Notes: a model not told the origin generated them from the letters alone. Counted from the first letter of the stretch, positions 23,311-36,596 are shown. The stretch is DNA of 64,000 bases from Saccostrea echinata (GCF_033153115.1 NW_026889758.1:22816001-22880000); one strand, 5' to 3'. A program made the numbers and translations.

Positions 23311-26300
23311 CATGAAGCAAGCAACCGACTTTAGAAGAGTGTATAACTGACAATATTTCTCTTTATAACTAAAAAAAAATTATCTAAATCTGAAGGATGT
23401 ATAATATGAAAACAACCCTGAAAATGGCATACATGGAGACGAAAAAATCTAATCAAATAAGCTAGACTTGACTTTTTTTATATCAAAAAGTTATAACCTT
23501 ATCATATTGCGTCATTTCAGCAAAGCTATAAGTTTATTTCAGTACACAGATGGGAAAATATTTGTTTATTACATATTTGCGTTTTACATATTGGGCTAAA
23601 CTTTTGATGCCTCATGAATGTATTGTTTTTTTTCTATAAATGTTTTTTTCTGAAGATTTACTTATGCAATGTGTAAGAGCTACGGTATTCTGAATTCATG
23701 TGATCTGTCCTATGTATGGAGGAATCAAAGTTTAAATCAATTTTTTTTTTTACAAGATTGGTTTAGGAGTATATAAAATTCATCTAAATGTTTAAAATAC
23801 AGGATTTTTAAGAAGAGTTTTGGAAAAGAAATATACCTTAGTAAACTCCCAGAAGACGTGAGAATTATATTAACAAAATTTAGAACTTGTAACCACAGAC
23901 CTCTAATGACTGGCAAAAAATAAATCTTTGAAATGGTATATTCCTTAAACACGGTATGTTAATATTTACACCCACTGAATTTCTTAAGAAAACCATTGTC
24001 GTTTATCAATCAGTTTACACCGCTAAGCATATCCTTAAGCAGTGGCTGTTCCATCAATGAAAGGGCACAATGACGTACATATCAATAATAAAATGTTTAA
24101 TCTACTCAATCCTACTTTAGATGATTATTTTTACAGATATAAATATAAACAATAAAATGTCTTTCTTTGTTTGTTAGTATGGAAATAAACATTGCAGTTA
24201 TTGCAGGGAAAAAATTACATCAGCCGCTTATACGCATTTTTTCTGCAATAGCTGTAATATTAATTCCCGTACTAACAATCAAAGAAAGCATTCAATTTAA
24301 AGCTTATTGAGACTATACTTTGAGAAGCTGTGGTAATGCATCTTGACCAACCGTTTTAGGGCCTAGTCCCATACAGAGAACACGAATTTCATACTTTTTG
24401 TAGAGGGTTATCAGCTCATTATAATCAAACAGTTTACTTGAGTAAAGTGATGTTATTGTTTTGACCTTGAACCAAGCTATAGTAAGTCTAAGACTGGGCA
24501 TCGCAGGGGAGCACTTCATTTGTTGTGAGCCCTCCATGTCTTATCTCAAGTACCAGTTTTATCACACATTTTTGAGAAAAGTTTTGGACATAAAATATAA
24601 CAAGTCACCCTGTATATTGATTTACACATATCTCAATTTGTTTTAGTTTTTTGTTGACAATTTCTGGGATAAAACATTTTGATAAAAAAAAGAAAACAAA
24701 TGTCACGATTTCCAACCAGGCACAATAAAGCTGAAAAATTCCTACTTAAAAAACACATAATACTGGCTTTAGCAATGGTGCATATAATATTCAGGAAAAA
24801 TGATTAATATGTACTTTTGAAACGTACAAAAGGTATTTCTTGCCATCTAAAAATGCAGCCGATTTCTTTATAAAGTGTATTAAGACAACAGCATTAATGC
24901 ATCTTACATAATTAGTTTCCTGTGAACCGGAATGTGTAAATCCAATATGTAAAGCCAACAGTAAATCAGACAGAAATAAGAGTAAATTCATTAAAAGAAT
25001 ATTAAAACGTTAGTGTTATTTTCGAGTGTTTAGAATATTTATATTTGCATTAGTGTTTCAACCACTTACTTCTAATTATAGCTGATTATCGCACTGCGTA
25101 AAAACTTGTACGGCGCAAGTATATTTGGAATCTTTATGATGCACATCTTTCAGAAATGATTAGCGAAAATGAAATGATTAAAGACTTATGAGATAGAATA
25201 TTTATATAAAAAGAAACCTAATTTTCTACCACACATATCAAATTCATCAATTGAAAGCACGTTCATTCATTTTTCTCGACATTAAAAGGCAAGAAATCTT
25301 CAGCTGTTTTGAATGGGAAGAGGCTCCGGGACCTTTGACCTTGTAATTGAATTTTAAAAAATGTTGACAAACTAGAATGCTGCAGTTGAAAAAGTGCTTA
25401 AGACTTTCTTCAAGCATTAATTGTCTCCTTATCACTTCAAAAAAAAAAAAACCTCTTAAATAGAATTATGGTCAGTGGTCATAACGACTTGTTACTGTGT
25501 TTAAATCTTTATGAAAGGTGATGCTATTTTTCGGGCATAATTAAGTAGTTTCTTGACCATTTTAAAAGATTCCCATGCGACAAATACATGAACAAAAGGT
25601 AGAATAGGCCTGGGGTCTATACTGGGGGTTTGGGAAAGGGAGTTCCTGTCATTAGTGACGAATTCTGGATATTCTTTTATTTTTAAACGGAGCCTTAAAT
25701 TAGGCTCAAAGATTCGGGGGCGTATAATTTTTGGACTGTCCGTCCGTCTTTTTTTCCCAGAAGCAGGCACGTAGCATCGTTTTTCAAAGTTTGGGTGGGG
25801 CAACTAGAAAATAATTGACAAGTAAAAATAATAATAAAAGGGGGTGTCTGAATACCAGAATGATTGGTGTGAACCTTTGCATTGAACTTTAGCCCGACAA
25901 AATTGGTAATTTATCCATCGTTATGACAAGTATCAGCTCCATAGTCTATAACGATAATAGACGTCAAAATATTCATTTAGAAAATATCGTTATATAACTT
26001 TTCTTATCTTTCAAAATAATTTCTAACAACAAAGTTGATTCTTTATGAATTTCTTTATTATTTGAATAATATTAATCTGTAGGCACCCCATTCTCTTAGC
26101 TAAAATCAAACGCATCCGAATTTTTTTTTCTTGTTTTTATACATGTTCTCTCGTCGATTTCACTTCCATCCTCATCGTCGCAAACCACGGCCAAAATGTA
26201 CGATCCTCTCCCATTCTACAGTTCTAGGAGAGAGCGGACTCCGGACCGTGGCTTGAGACGATGTTCCATCCTTTGAGGTATAATATGTGTATAATATGTA

Positions 26301-26523
26301 TGCTGTTTTGGATCTCGTAACCAGCCTCTATAACCAGACAGAGCGCATGCGTGAAATAAATTTCCATCGAGATCGGAAAACAGCAGAGAGGAAATTCGGA
26401 ATATGTATTGGAAACTAGTAATGCGGAATGATACTATAGTCAGATGCAGAAATTTTTGCATGATTCGATCAACTTTTATTTAAGAAAGCAGAAGAATAAA
26501 TGAATCAACTTTACAGTTAGTTT

Positions 26524-26554
<31 letters not shown>

Positions 26555-27004
26555 TCATTCTTATAATTAATTAACTAAGTAACTGATTAATTTATTAAAA
26601 AATATATATTTGTATTTTTTTTAAAAAATTCATTTATAACATTCTTTCCTTCATTTATTAATTATTCCATCCATTAATTAATTATCTATTAATTAATTCA
26701 TTGATTTATTAATTTGTATGCATGTTTGTTTACTTATTTATTATTCTAATAATTAATTGATTAATTCATTAAGAAGTTCATTTATTTGTTTGTTTATTTA
26801 TTTATTATATTCATTCCTTCATTTATCTCGTATTCTATTAATTAATTAATTTATTTATTTATCTATTTATTTATGCATTCATTTATTCGTATTTTTCTTT
26901 ATTTCTTTATTTTTTATTTCTTTATTGATTGATTGATTTTTGCATTTATTTATTGATTTATTTATGCATTTATCATATATTTCTTTTATAAATTAATTAT
27001 TTTT

Positions 27005-29748
27005 ACAGGGTTTGTATACTTATTACCAGGGTCTGTTTATGTATTGCCATAGTTTGTATACCATCACCAGGGTCTATATACTTATCACCAGGGTCTGTAT
27101 ACCTATCACCAGGGTCTGTATACTTATCACCAGGGTCTATGTACCTATCACCAGGGTCTATATACCCATCACCAGGGTCTGTATACCTAGGGGTGCAACG
27201 ATACACTAACTTCACGATACGATACGTATCACGGTATTCAGTTCACGATACGATACGTATCACGATACATGACAAGGTTAAAAAGTCTTTCAAGTTTGTC
27301 ACCTTTTTTTTTAAACTTGACAGGGTTATACAAAATGTTCATATTTTTTGATAATAATTAAAATAACATTTTGTTAACTTGAATTGGATTGTTAGGTAGA
27401 TCTTTGAGTTGTGACAACATTCAAAACCAATAATGAACATTTACAGGAACTACGGGGACCTTTCCTAATAATCTTCCTTTTAAATTGGAATGAAAAAGGA
27501 TGACATTCATTCTTTTATTCCTTTTATTTACGTAGAAACCAGTTGTCATATTTCTCGTGTTAATACGTTTTAGTCAACAAGACAGCGAATTTTCATCGAA
27601 ATACACACCCTGATGAAATATCGTGTATTAATACGTTTAGATCTAAAGGGTTTATCATTTAACACCTATAACTTATAGTCACATTAAGTCCTTCTCCGTG
27701 TTAAATCTGAGGTCTGTAAGATGCTGGAGATGAGTTTAACTGCCGTAAATGCGTTATCGGCGACATTACCATCACCAGGGTATGTATACCTATCACCCGG
27801 GTCTGTATTATCTATCACCAGGGTCTGTATACCCATCACCAGGGTCTGTATATCCATCACCAGGTACTGTATTATCTATCACCAGGAACTGTATATCTAT
27901 CACCAGGGTCTATATACCTATTACCAGGGTCTGTATACCTATCACAAGGGTGTGTATGCCCATCACCAGAGTCAATATACCCATCACCAGGGTCTGTATT
28001 ATCTATCACCAGGGTCTGTATACCCATCACCAGGGTCTGTATACCTATCACCAGGGTCTGTATACCCATCACCAGGGTCTGTATACCTATCACCAGGGTC
28101 TGTATTATCTATCACCAGGGTCTGTATACCTATCACCAGGGTCTGTATACTTATCACCAGGGTCTATGTACCTATCACCAGATTCTATATACCCATCACC
28201 AGGGTCTGTATACCCAACACCAGGGTCTGTATACCCATCACCAGGGTCTATAAACCTATCACCAGGGTCTATATACCAATCACCAGGGTTTGTATACCCA
28301 TCACCAGGGTCTGTATACCTATCACTAGGGTCTGTATACCTATCACCCGAGTCTCTTTACTTATCACCAGGGTCTGTATACCTATCACCAGATTCTGTAT
28401 ACCTATCACCAGCGTCTACATACCCATCACCAGTGTCTGTATTATCTATCACCAGGGTCTGTATACCCATCACCAGGGTCTGTATACCTATCACCAGAGT
28501 CTATATACCAATCACCAGGGTCTATAACCCTATCACCAGGGTCTATATACCCATCACCAGGGTTTGTATACCTTTCACCAGGGTCTGTATACCTATCACC
28601 CGGGTCTCTTTACTTATCACCAAGGTCTGTATACCTATCACCAGATTCTGTATACCTATCACCAGGGTCTCTTGACCCATCATTCGGGTCAGTTTATCTA
28701 TCACCAGGTTCTGTATACCAATCACCAGGGTCTCTTGACCCATTACCAGGGTCAGTTTATCTATCACCAGGTACTGTATACCAATCACCAGGGTCTCTTG
28801 ACCCATCATTCGGGTCAGTTTATCTATCACCAGGTTCTGTATACCAATCACCAGGGTCTCTTGACCCCTTACCAGGTTCAGTTTATCTATCACCAGGTAC
28901 TGTATACCAATCACCAGGGTCTCTTGACCCATCATTCGGGTCAGTTTATCTATCACCAGGTTCTGTATACCAATCACCAGGGTCTCTTGACCCATTACCA
29001 GGGTCAGTTTATCTATCACCAGGTACTGTATACCAATCACCAGGGTCTCTTGACCCATCACTCGGGTCAGTTTATCTATCACCAGGTTCTGTATACCAAT
29101 CACCAGGGTCTCTTGACCCATTACCAGGGTCAGTTTATCTATCACCAGGTACTGTATACCAATCACCAGGGTCTCTTGACCCATCACTCGGGTCAGTTTA
29201 TCTATCACCAGGTTCTGTATACCAATCACCAGGGTCTCTTGACCCATTACCAGGGTCAGTTTATCTATCACCAGGTACTGTATACCAATCACCAGGGTCT
29301 CTTGACCCATCATTCGGGTCAGTTTATCTATCACCAGGTTCTGTATACCAATCACCAGGGTCTCTTGACCCATTACCAGGGTCAGTTTATCTATCACCAG
29401 GTACTGTATACCAATCACCAGGGTCTCTTGACCCATCATTCGGGTCAGTTTATCTATCACCAGGTTCTGTATACCAATCACCAGGGTCTCTTGACCTATT
29501 ACCAGGGTCAGTTTATCTATCACCAGGTACTGTATACCAATCACCAGGGTCTCTTGACCCATCACTCGGGTCAGTTTATCTATCACCAGGTTCTGTATAC
29601 CAATCACCAGGGTCTCTTGACCCATTACCAGGGTCAGTTTATCTATCACCAGGTACTGTATACCAATCACCAGGGTCTCTTGACCCATCACTCGGGTCAG
29701 TTTATCTATCACCAGGTTCTGTATACCAATCACCAGGGTCTATATACC
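27005..29748 (+). repeat. 21-bp minisatellite array, left arm, with a 126-bp higher-order repeat at ~28655-29735
   Basis: Unit ATCACCAGGGTCTGTATACC(C/T) with 22-bp variants (…GTATTATCT). The distal part alternates two 63-bp trimers. Confidence 0.95.
27188..27767 (+). mobile_element. Truncated hAT-like element inserted in the left minisatellite arm
   Basis: Begins TAGGGGTGCAACGATAC with subterminal CGATAC repeats. No right TIR seen. Absent from the right arm. Confidence 0.65.
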
Positions 29749-30196
29749 CTTCATCACGGTTTTGTCTTCCCTCGTGCAGGGTCTAGTTCCCATCTTTTTA
29801 GTAGGGTGACCTTCAACATAGTTTGCATTCTGAAAATGAATCCAATTACTTTTTAGGGTGTCTTCATAAACGTAACATCTTGTGGAGAACGTATGAGTTG
29901 TTTAATGAACTATAATGATTGTATTGTGATTAAGATGCCTTGACTCTAATGTTATATTGATCTTATTTACTTTTTATTTTGTAGTGTAAGCCTGTCAAGG
30001 TGGAAGCAAAGGATATAGAAACTTAACAATGGACAAAGATTTATATTTGTGTGGAACTATCTTTACATTGTAAATGCCAATGTATCCTGATTCCTCTATT
30101 GCATAAATCGAGAGAAATCTAAAAATTCCATTATGTTGTTTACTTGTTCCAGAGAAAATGTGAAGATATACATATCTACATAATTAATCAATAAAG

Positions 30197-32615
30197 TATC
30201 ACCGAGCAGAATTAACCCTTTTTACCAATTTTCTTTTGAACTTTTATTTTGCACTTAAATATGTTTTATCACTTATTTTCATTGAAATTAGTTCTGAATC
30301 TTTATTCATTGTTGGACCATGAAACACCGAATTATTTACTTAATTGCATAGTGACACTCTTTGGACAATTGCTGAGAACTACAAAGGGACAGAATGTTAA
30401 TACAACCACTCATTTCTAATACCTTATAAAAACATTCATGTAATTATTTTATTTATCTTTCTTTCATGTCTATCTTATCAAAACTCCTCACAGATTGTAA
30501 TTTGCTCAGCATATGTCATTTTGTCACTCAATTTGCTAATTGTTGTCAAAGAACTCTTTTATATACCAGTATCTGAATTGTATGTGGCAGTTCGGAGGCC
30601 TGACGCAATACTGGCCACTTCCGTCTGTGTTCCCCGCATGTATTTCTTGAATGTTAAAATTGTTGTCCATCATTAAATTAAATGCTTTTATTAATAAACT
30701 CGGAAACTAAATTACCCGTTACTTTGGATTTATAATATGTGATTTCGGGAAGAGCCCTAGGAATACGGCACTACTTCTTCCGGCCCACAGCGCCACTCGT
30801 TTTACGCCAACATTCCCTCTTACCCGATCAACGACATATAATATTTTTGACCCAAACTACGTGGTCATAAATGGTGGATGAATCCTAAGGGTAAAACAAC
30901 GCCCGGGGCTACTGCATATATTTTGCAGTAGTTTGATCCCGTACCTAAACCAAGCGAGTTTCTCCCACATTACGTGGACTTCTCTGCATGATGATGGACA
31001 ACTACCAATTTCGACCATCTTGGACGTCATGGACCTTTCCCACAACGATTAATGGACAAGTTCTACATCGTTTCACCAAGTGTTTTAGATGTCACAGACC
31101 TGGACACTTCGCCAAGAACTGCAATTTTCGCAGCGCACTAAAATCAAAGTCGAACCAGGTACGTGATCAGCGCAGAATTCAAGAATATTTTGGACAAAAA
31201 GAACTTCTAAAGGAACTTCCGTTTAACAACATTAGAAATTCGGCTTTACGTAATTTTATGGACTTTTCATCTGTTCTTAAACACGAGCTTGCCAAAACAA
31301 AACAAACTGTGAAAGACTCCCGGGACAAACTGTTAGAAATAATTTCAAAACTTCGTAAAACAGAAAATGAATTGAAGTCGACCAAAAATCAAAATTCCGT
31401 GCTTCAAGAGACTTCGCAACAGAAAATCTCGGAACTTCAATCCAAACTGAAAACAAGCACACAAGAAATTAGTTTGCAACGGCAAGTCGGAGACCTGAAG
31501 AGACAACTCGACGCATCCCAACAAGTTATCAAAATGGCTTCGGAGCGGATTCACGACCTAACTCATAAAAATCTTCACCAAGTGGAAATAATTCAAGATC
31601 AGAAAGAGGAAATAACTCATTTAAATTCTCGCAATTCTGCTTTGGAAGATGCCAGGTCTAAGCATTGTCAGGTTATAGATGACCTACGCGAGGATAATCA
31701 TCGGCATATTCGAAAAATAAAACATCAAAAGGAGGAAATTGAAGACTTACATCAAGAAACTTATGATTTAGAACATGCCATAAAACAACATCGTGAAGTT
31801 ATCGATGATTTACGTAATGAACTCTATCCAAATTGCAGAAGACACCACAGATGCAAACAGAACAAAGACCGACGCTACTACCGGTGACCGACCGAGTCCA
31901 TTCCAAACACGAGGACGTGTTTTCCCCGGAGCGGTGGGAAACTATCACCGAGCAGAATTAACCCTTTTTACCAATTTTCTTTTGAACTTTTATTTTGCAC
32001 TTAAATATGTTTTATCACTTATTTTCATTGAAATTAGTTCTGAATCTTTATTCATTGTTGGACCATGAAACACCGAATTATTTACTTAATTGCATAGTGA
32101 CACTCTTTGGACAATTGCTGAGAACTACAAAGGGACAGAATGTTAATACAACCACTCATTTCTAATACCTTATAAAAACATTCATGTAATTATTTTATTT
32201 ATCTTTCTTTCATGTCTATCTTATCAAAACTCCTCACAGATTGTAATTTGCTCAGCATATGTCATTTTGTCACTCAATTTGCTAATTGTTGTCAAAGAAC
32301 TCTTTTATATACCAGTATCTGAATTGTATGTGGCAGTTCGGAGGCCTGACGCAATACTGGCCACTTCCGTCTGTGTTCCCCGCATGTATTTCTTGAATGT
32401 TAAAATTGTTGTCCATCATTAAATTAAATGCTTTTATTAATAAACTCGGAAACTAAATTACCCGTTACTTTGGATTTATAATATGTGATTTCGGGAAGAG
32501 CCCTAGGAATACGGCACTACTTCTTCCGGCCCACAGCGCCACTCGTTTTACGCCAACATTCCCTCTTACCCGATCAACGACATATAATATTTTTGACCCA
32601 AACTACGTGGTCATA
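30197..32615 (+). mobile_element. Young non-autonomous LTR retroelement (2419 bp) with TA…TA LTRs
   Basis: 673-bp direct repeats at 30197-30869 and 31943-32615, identical by eye, with termini TATCACC…GGTCATA. 4-bp TSD AAAG (30193-30196 / 32616-32619). PBS-like TGGTGGATG 2 nt after the 5' LTR. Purine-rich GGAGCGGTGGGAAAC before the 3' LTR. Confidence 0.9.
30988..31887 (+). CDS. LTR-element ORF: CCHC zinc knuckle followed by a long coiled coil (Gag-like/accessory protein)
   Basis: Intact intronless 299-aa ORF that fills most of the 1073-bp internal region. CFRCHRPGHFAKNC = Cx2Cx4Hx4C. Heptad-rich K/E/Q/L region from ~aa 95 to 280. Basic C-terminus. Confidence 0.8.
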   Translation: MMMDNYQFRPSWTSWTFPTTINGQVLHRFTKCFRCHRPGHFAKNCNFRSALKSKSNQVRDQRRIQEYFGQKELLKELPFNNIRNSALRNFMDFSSVLKHELAKTKQTVKDSRDKLLEIISKLRKTENELKSTKNQNSVLQETSQQKISELQSKLKTSTQEISLQRQVGDLKRQLDASQQVIKMASERIHDLTHKNLHQVEIIQDQKEEITHLNSRNSALEDARSKHCQVIDDLREDNHRHIRKIKHQKEEIEDLHQETYDLEHAIKQHREVIDDLRNELYPNCRRHHRCKQNKDRRYYR

Positions 32616-34445
32616 AAAGTGTGAAATGGTAAAAATTATCATAAAAGAAGAGCAACCAACACAAAGTTCAAATTTCTTCTATGTTCATGACAAGAGAACA
32701 GTAGGATAATAGTGCCAAAATTTGTGTTCTACAAAGCCTAGCTGTCATGTTGTCAAGAAGGAGACCCAGTGTATTTTCACTGCACGGAAATGATATGGAA
32801 TGTCTTTAATCGTTTTTTTGTTTTTTGTTTTTTTTTTCTTTTTGGTTGGGATGCAATCGTCTATGGCATATTGTGACTGTCGTGGCGGCTCATCATATTT
32901 AAAATTATTATATATTTTTAAAGTGGGATGTTCTGTTTAAAAGCTTAGGACCAAGGATCGAGTTATGATTTGAAAGTAGATCAAACTTCAATGTCAAGTT
33001 TATGAGGTTAAAAATCAAAGTATATTTGGAAGGTCTTGTTACAGCTATGTTCATGTACAAGAAAATATTAAAGTCCTGTCTCATCAGGTGCAAAGCTTTG
33101 GCCAGGATTAAAAGTTTTGTAAAAAGAAAGTCAAATGCCAAGGTCAAAGATCTTAGGCTATATACATTCCAGTGACTTGTTATAATTTTGTCACGGGTAT
33201 TGCACAGGTCAATTATGAAAACATATATCGCATTCCATACTAAGCTTGGGTCAGGGTTATTTTTTTTTATAAGTATATCAAATTTCACTGACAAGGCCAT
33301 AAGATAAAAAAAATAAATTCAGAAAGATTTTGTAATTCGTAATTCATATGTGGAATATGAGAGTCCGATCTTCTCAAAATTATTATATATTTTTTATTAG
33401 ATGAATATTTCTTGAAATTGATAAACTAAACAAAAAATTATGACCAATGTTCAAATTTTTGTGATGAACAAACACATACACTGTCCCGGCGTATTTGCTT
33501 TAGCAATGGAGAATAATTGAATAAAATTAATTCCATGAAAGATAAAATGATAATTATGATAAAATGTTTTATTTGAAGTAGTGATATGTATATCTTTCCG
33601 AATTAATTTTATTAGCAATACATATATTCAAAGAGTAAGGCGAAGATAGTGTATTAACCCCCCCCCCCCCCCCCTCCATTTATTTTTGTAAACTTTAACA
33701 TATCATGCTGGCAATTTTTTTATGCTTGCTAAAATAAAAACTGATATATGAATAATTTACGGTCTAAAATTATTTCATATAAACACACTGCCCACACGTT
33801 AGGTGCCTGCAAACATCTATGTGCAACAGAGGCAATTTATGTTACTTTTTTGTTTATACATGTATGAGGTAAAAAGTTTTTTTTTTTGTTATAAATACCT
33901 CCTGCATTTACAAGTGAGGTTTGAAATATTAAAATTTTATTTTAAGAAAATGTTCCGAATATTCGACTATCGTTCGAATAATGTTATCGAATAGTCGACT
34001 AAGGAAAATAAATATTTTGACATCCCTAAAAATACACAGTAACAAGATTTCGAATATGAACTTTTCGCATAATTAAATATGAATCACAGGGATTTTTTAA
34101 ATATAATTATGAAGTATACACAATTTCAAAAATAAATCACAAGGTAATCGAATATGAATTACAAAATGGAGTGTGTTTGTTTCTTATCTGAATATATCTT
34201 TGCGATTTCAAATAATTCTCCCATGTATCGTACATTTTTGGGCAATTTCATAGAAAGTCAGTTTTTCTAATCATGTGCAGGCAAACACAATCTGTGATTA
34301 ATGTGTTAACTGTTGATTCTACTTGTTTTATAAACAAAATATTTCATAGAATTTTCCTACTAGATGTACAATTTGCAACCAGTTTAAGTGTTCTCAATTC
34401 TTTAATTTATTGGATAAGATAGATTAATCGAACGCTTTATTCGCA

Positions 34446-34999
34446 TTTTTATGCCCCCGTATCGAAGATTCGGGGGTATGTAGTTTTGCCCTGTCCGTCC
34501 GTCTGTCTGTTTGTCCGCAAAAACTTTAACCTTGCCCATAACTTTTGATTGGTTGGAGCTATGACTTTCATATTTTACATGTGTATTTCTTGTGACAAGA
34601 CCTTTCTCTGGGTACCACCATATTTGACCTTGACCTTGGAGTTTGACCCAGTTTTGCAAAATTTTATCAAACTTTAACCTTGGTCATAACTTTTGAAAGG
34701 TCGGTGCTTTGGCTTTCATATTTCACAGGTATATTTCTTGGGAGAAGGCCTTTCCTTGGGCACCATTAATTTTGACCATTTGACCTTGACCTTGATTTTT
34801 GACATACTTTTGAAAAAAAAATTAACCTTGTCCATATCTATTCAATCGTTGCTACCGGGGCTTTCATATTTCACAGGTTTATTCCTCGGGACAAGACCTT
34901 ACTTTGGGTACCAACATATTTGATTTGCGTTTGAGAAAGTTTAACCTTTGCTATAAGTTGCCATACGGGGGCATCAGTGTTTCACAAACAAATCTTGTT
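34446..34999 (+). mobile_element. HINE, same family as 18452-19607
   Basis: Same 5' (TTTTTATGCCCCCG…CGGGGG) and 3' (GGGGGCATCAGTGTTTCACAAAC…CTTGTT) ends with fewer internal units. Confidence 0.8.
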
Positions 35000-35800
35000 T
35001 TCCGTAACGGTGATTTTTGTACATCAGTATTGGGGGAATTCAAATTCATACTTTAACATAAACTCAGTAGGAAGGAAAATATTTATACAACAAATCAAAT
35101 AATTTGCAATCATAAAATGTTAACTTGTTTTATAAAAGATAAAAAATTGTAATAACAAATTGTTAATCTGAAATTATAATTTGATGAATTGTAAATACAA
35201 ATGAAATAAATAAAATCTGTAGTATTTAGGTGCCTTGAAAATCTATAGTGAGGTCTTTATTATTGGTCGACCTTTCCCTACACCTTGATCTACATGTTTA
35301 GGCCTTGAAATAAATTCCAAGCAACACATTCCAGACAATTATTTAGCCATCCTTCTTTATTTATCATGATAGTTAGACTGACAACACTTTGTTATAAATA
35401 GTGACTTTAACCCACTTCCCCCAATAAAAAATTATGTAATCGATAGGTTATACCTCCTTAAATTTAAATTGAAATTTAAACTTAAATTTTCAGTGCAGGC
35501 GTTCATTAAAAAATATTTTTACAAAGTCGCAAAGTCCAAATGTAGACTTCAAAGCTAAGTATGCATGAAAGTTTGATATGTTTGATGTCAAAGAACATAT
35601 CGTATTAATTTCTCGAACGGTCTATAACATGGTCATTTCAGGCCAAAAATAAATAAACAAATTAGTGAACAAATAAACGTACAAATAAACCTCACTTTAC
35701 AGCAAAGGACTTTCTCTTCTTTAGTGAACAAAATTATCTAAAAACTATAATGGTTATTATCGAATATTTCAATTTAATTTTGTTTGGTATTTCAAATTAA

Positions 35801-36595
35801 AACAAAATGTGTTTGTGAAACACTAATGTCCCTGTATGGCAGCTTTTGACAATGGTTAAAGTTTCTCAAATGCAACTCAAACTCAAATATTAATTAATAG
35901 CTGAAAAATGTTGTTACCCAAAGAAAGGACTCTCAGTGAATATATCTGAGAAATAAGAAATTCCAGGCACTAACCATTCAAAAGGTTTAGCTCAGGTTAA
36001 AGTTTTTTAAATGTGGGTCAAACTGCAAGGTCAAGGTCAAAGGGTCAAATTAAAGGTACCCAGGGTAAGGCTTTGTCATAAGAAATACACATGTAAAACA
36101 TTAAAGAATTAGCACCAACTGTTCAAAATATATGGCCAAGATTAAAGTTTTTCAAAAGTATGTCTTATTCCAAGATAAAGGTCAAAATTTCAAGTATGTC
36201 GGAACCCAAAGAAAGGATTTGTCACAAGGAATACATATGTGGAAAATAATAGCCCTGATACTAATTTCTCAAGGTTAAAATTTTTAAAAGTTGGTAAAAC
36301 TCAAAGGTCAAGATCAATTTTTTTAATATCCGTTCAAAGGTCTTGCTACTATGAATACACATAATAGTATAAAGTATGAAAGCCCTTGCACCAACTGTTG
36401 AAAAGTTATAGCCAAGGTTAAAGTTTGGTAAATTCTTGAAAAAGTGGAAAAAACTCAAAGATCAAGGTCAAAAAAGTCAAATATGTTAGAATCCAAACAA
36501 AGGCCTTATCACAAGGAATGCACATGTGAAATATGAAAGCCATAGGTCCAACCAATCAAAAGTAATGGGCACGTTTTAATGGGACAGACAAACAG
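35801..36595 (-). mobile_element. Degenerate HINE abutting the right minisatellite arm
   Basis: AACAAAATGTGTTTGTGAAACAC start, CAAGGTCAAGGTCA units, ends at GACAGACAAACAG. Confidence 0.7.
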
Positions 36596-36596
36596 G

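Noticed and set aside
27005-29748. CRISPR-like appearance of regularly spaced repeats
   Set aside because: No unique spacers, no cas genes, eukaryotic context.
27721-29856. Long ORFs (268-430 aa) in the left array
   Set aside because: Products of a stop-free 21-bp minisatellite; overlapping frames on both strands and no unique sequence.
29746-30118. Possible minus-strand exons (FLSIYAIEESGYIGIYN / NANYVEGHPTKKMGTRPC)
   Set aside because: Phases are compatible but no recognisable protein and weaker splice signals than the plus-strand alternative; cannot be supported.
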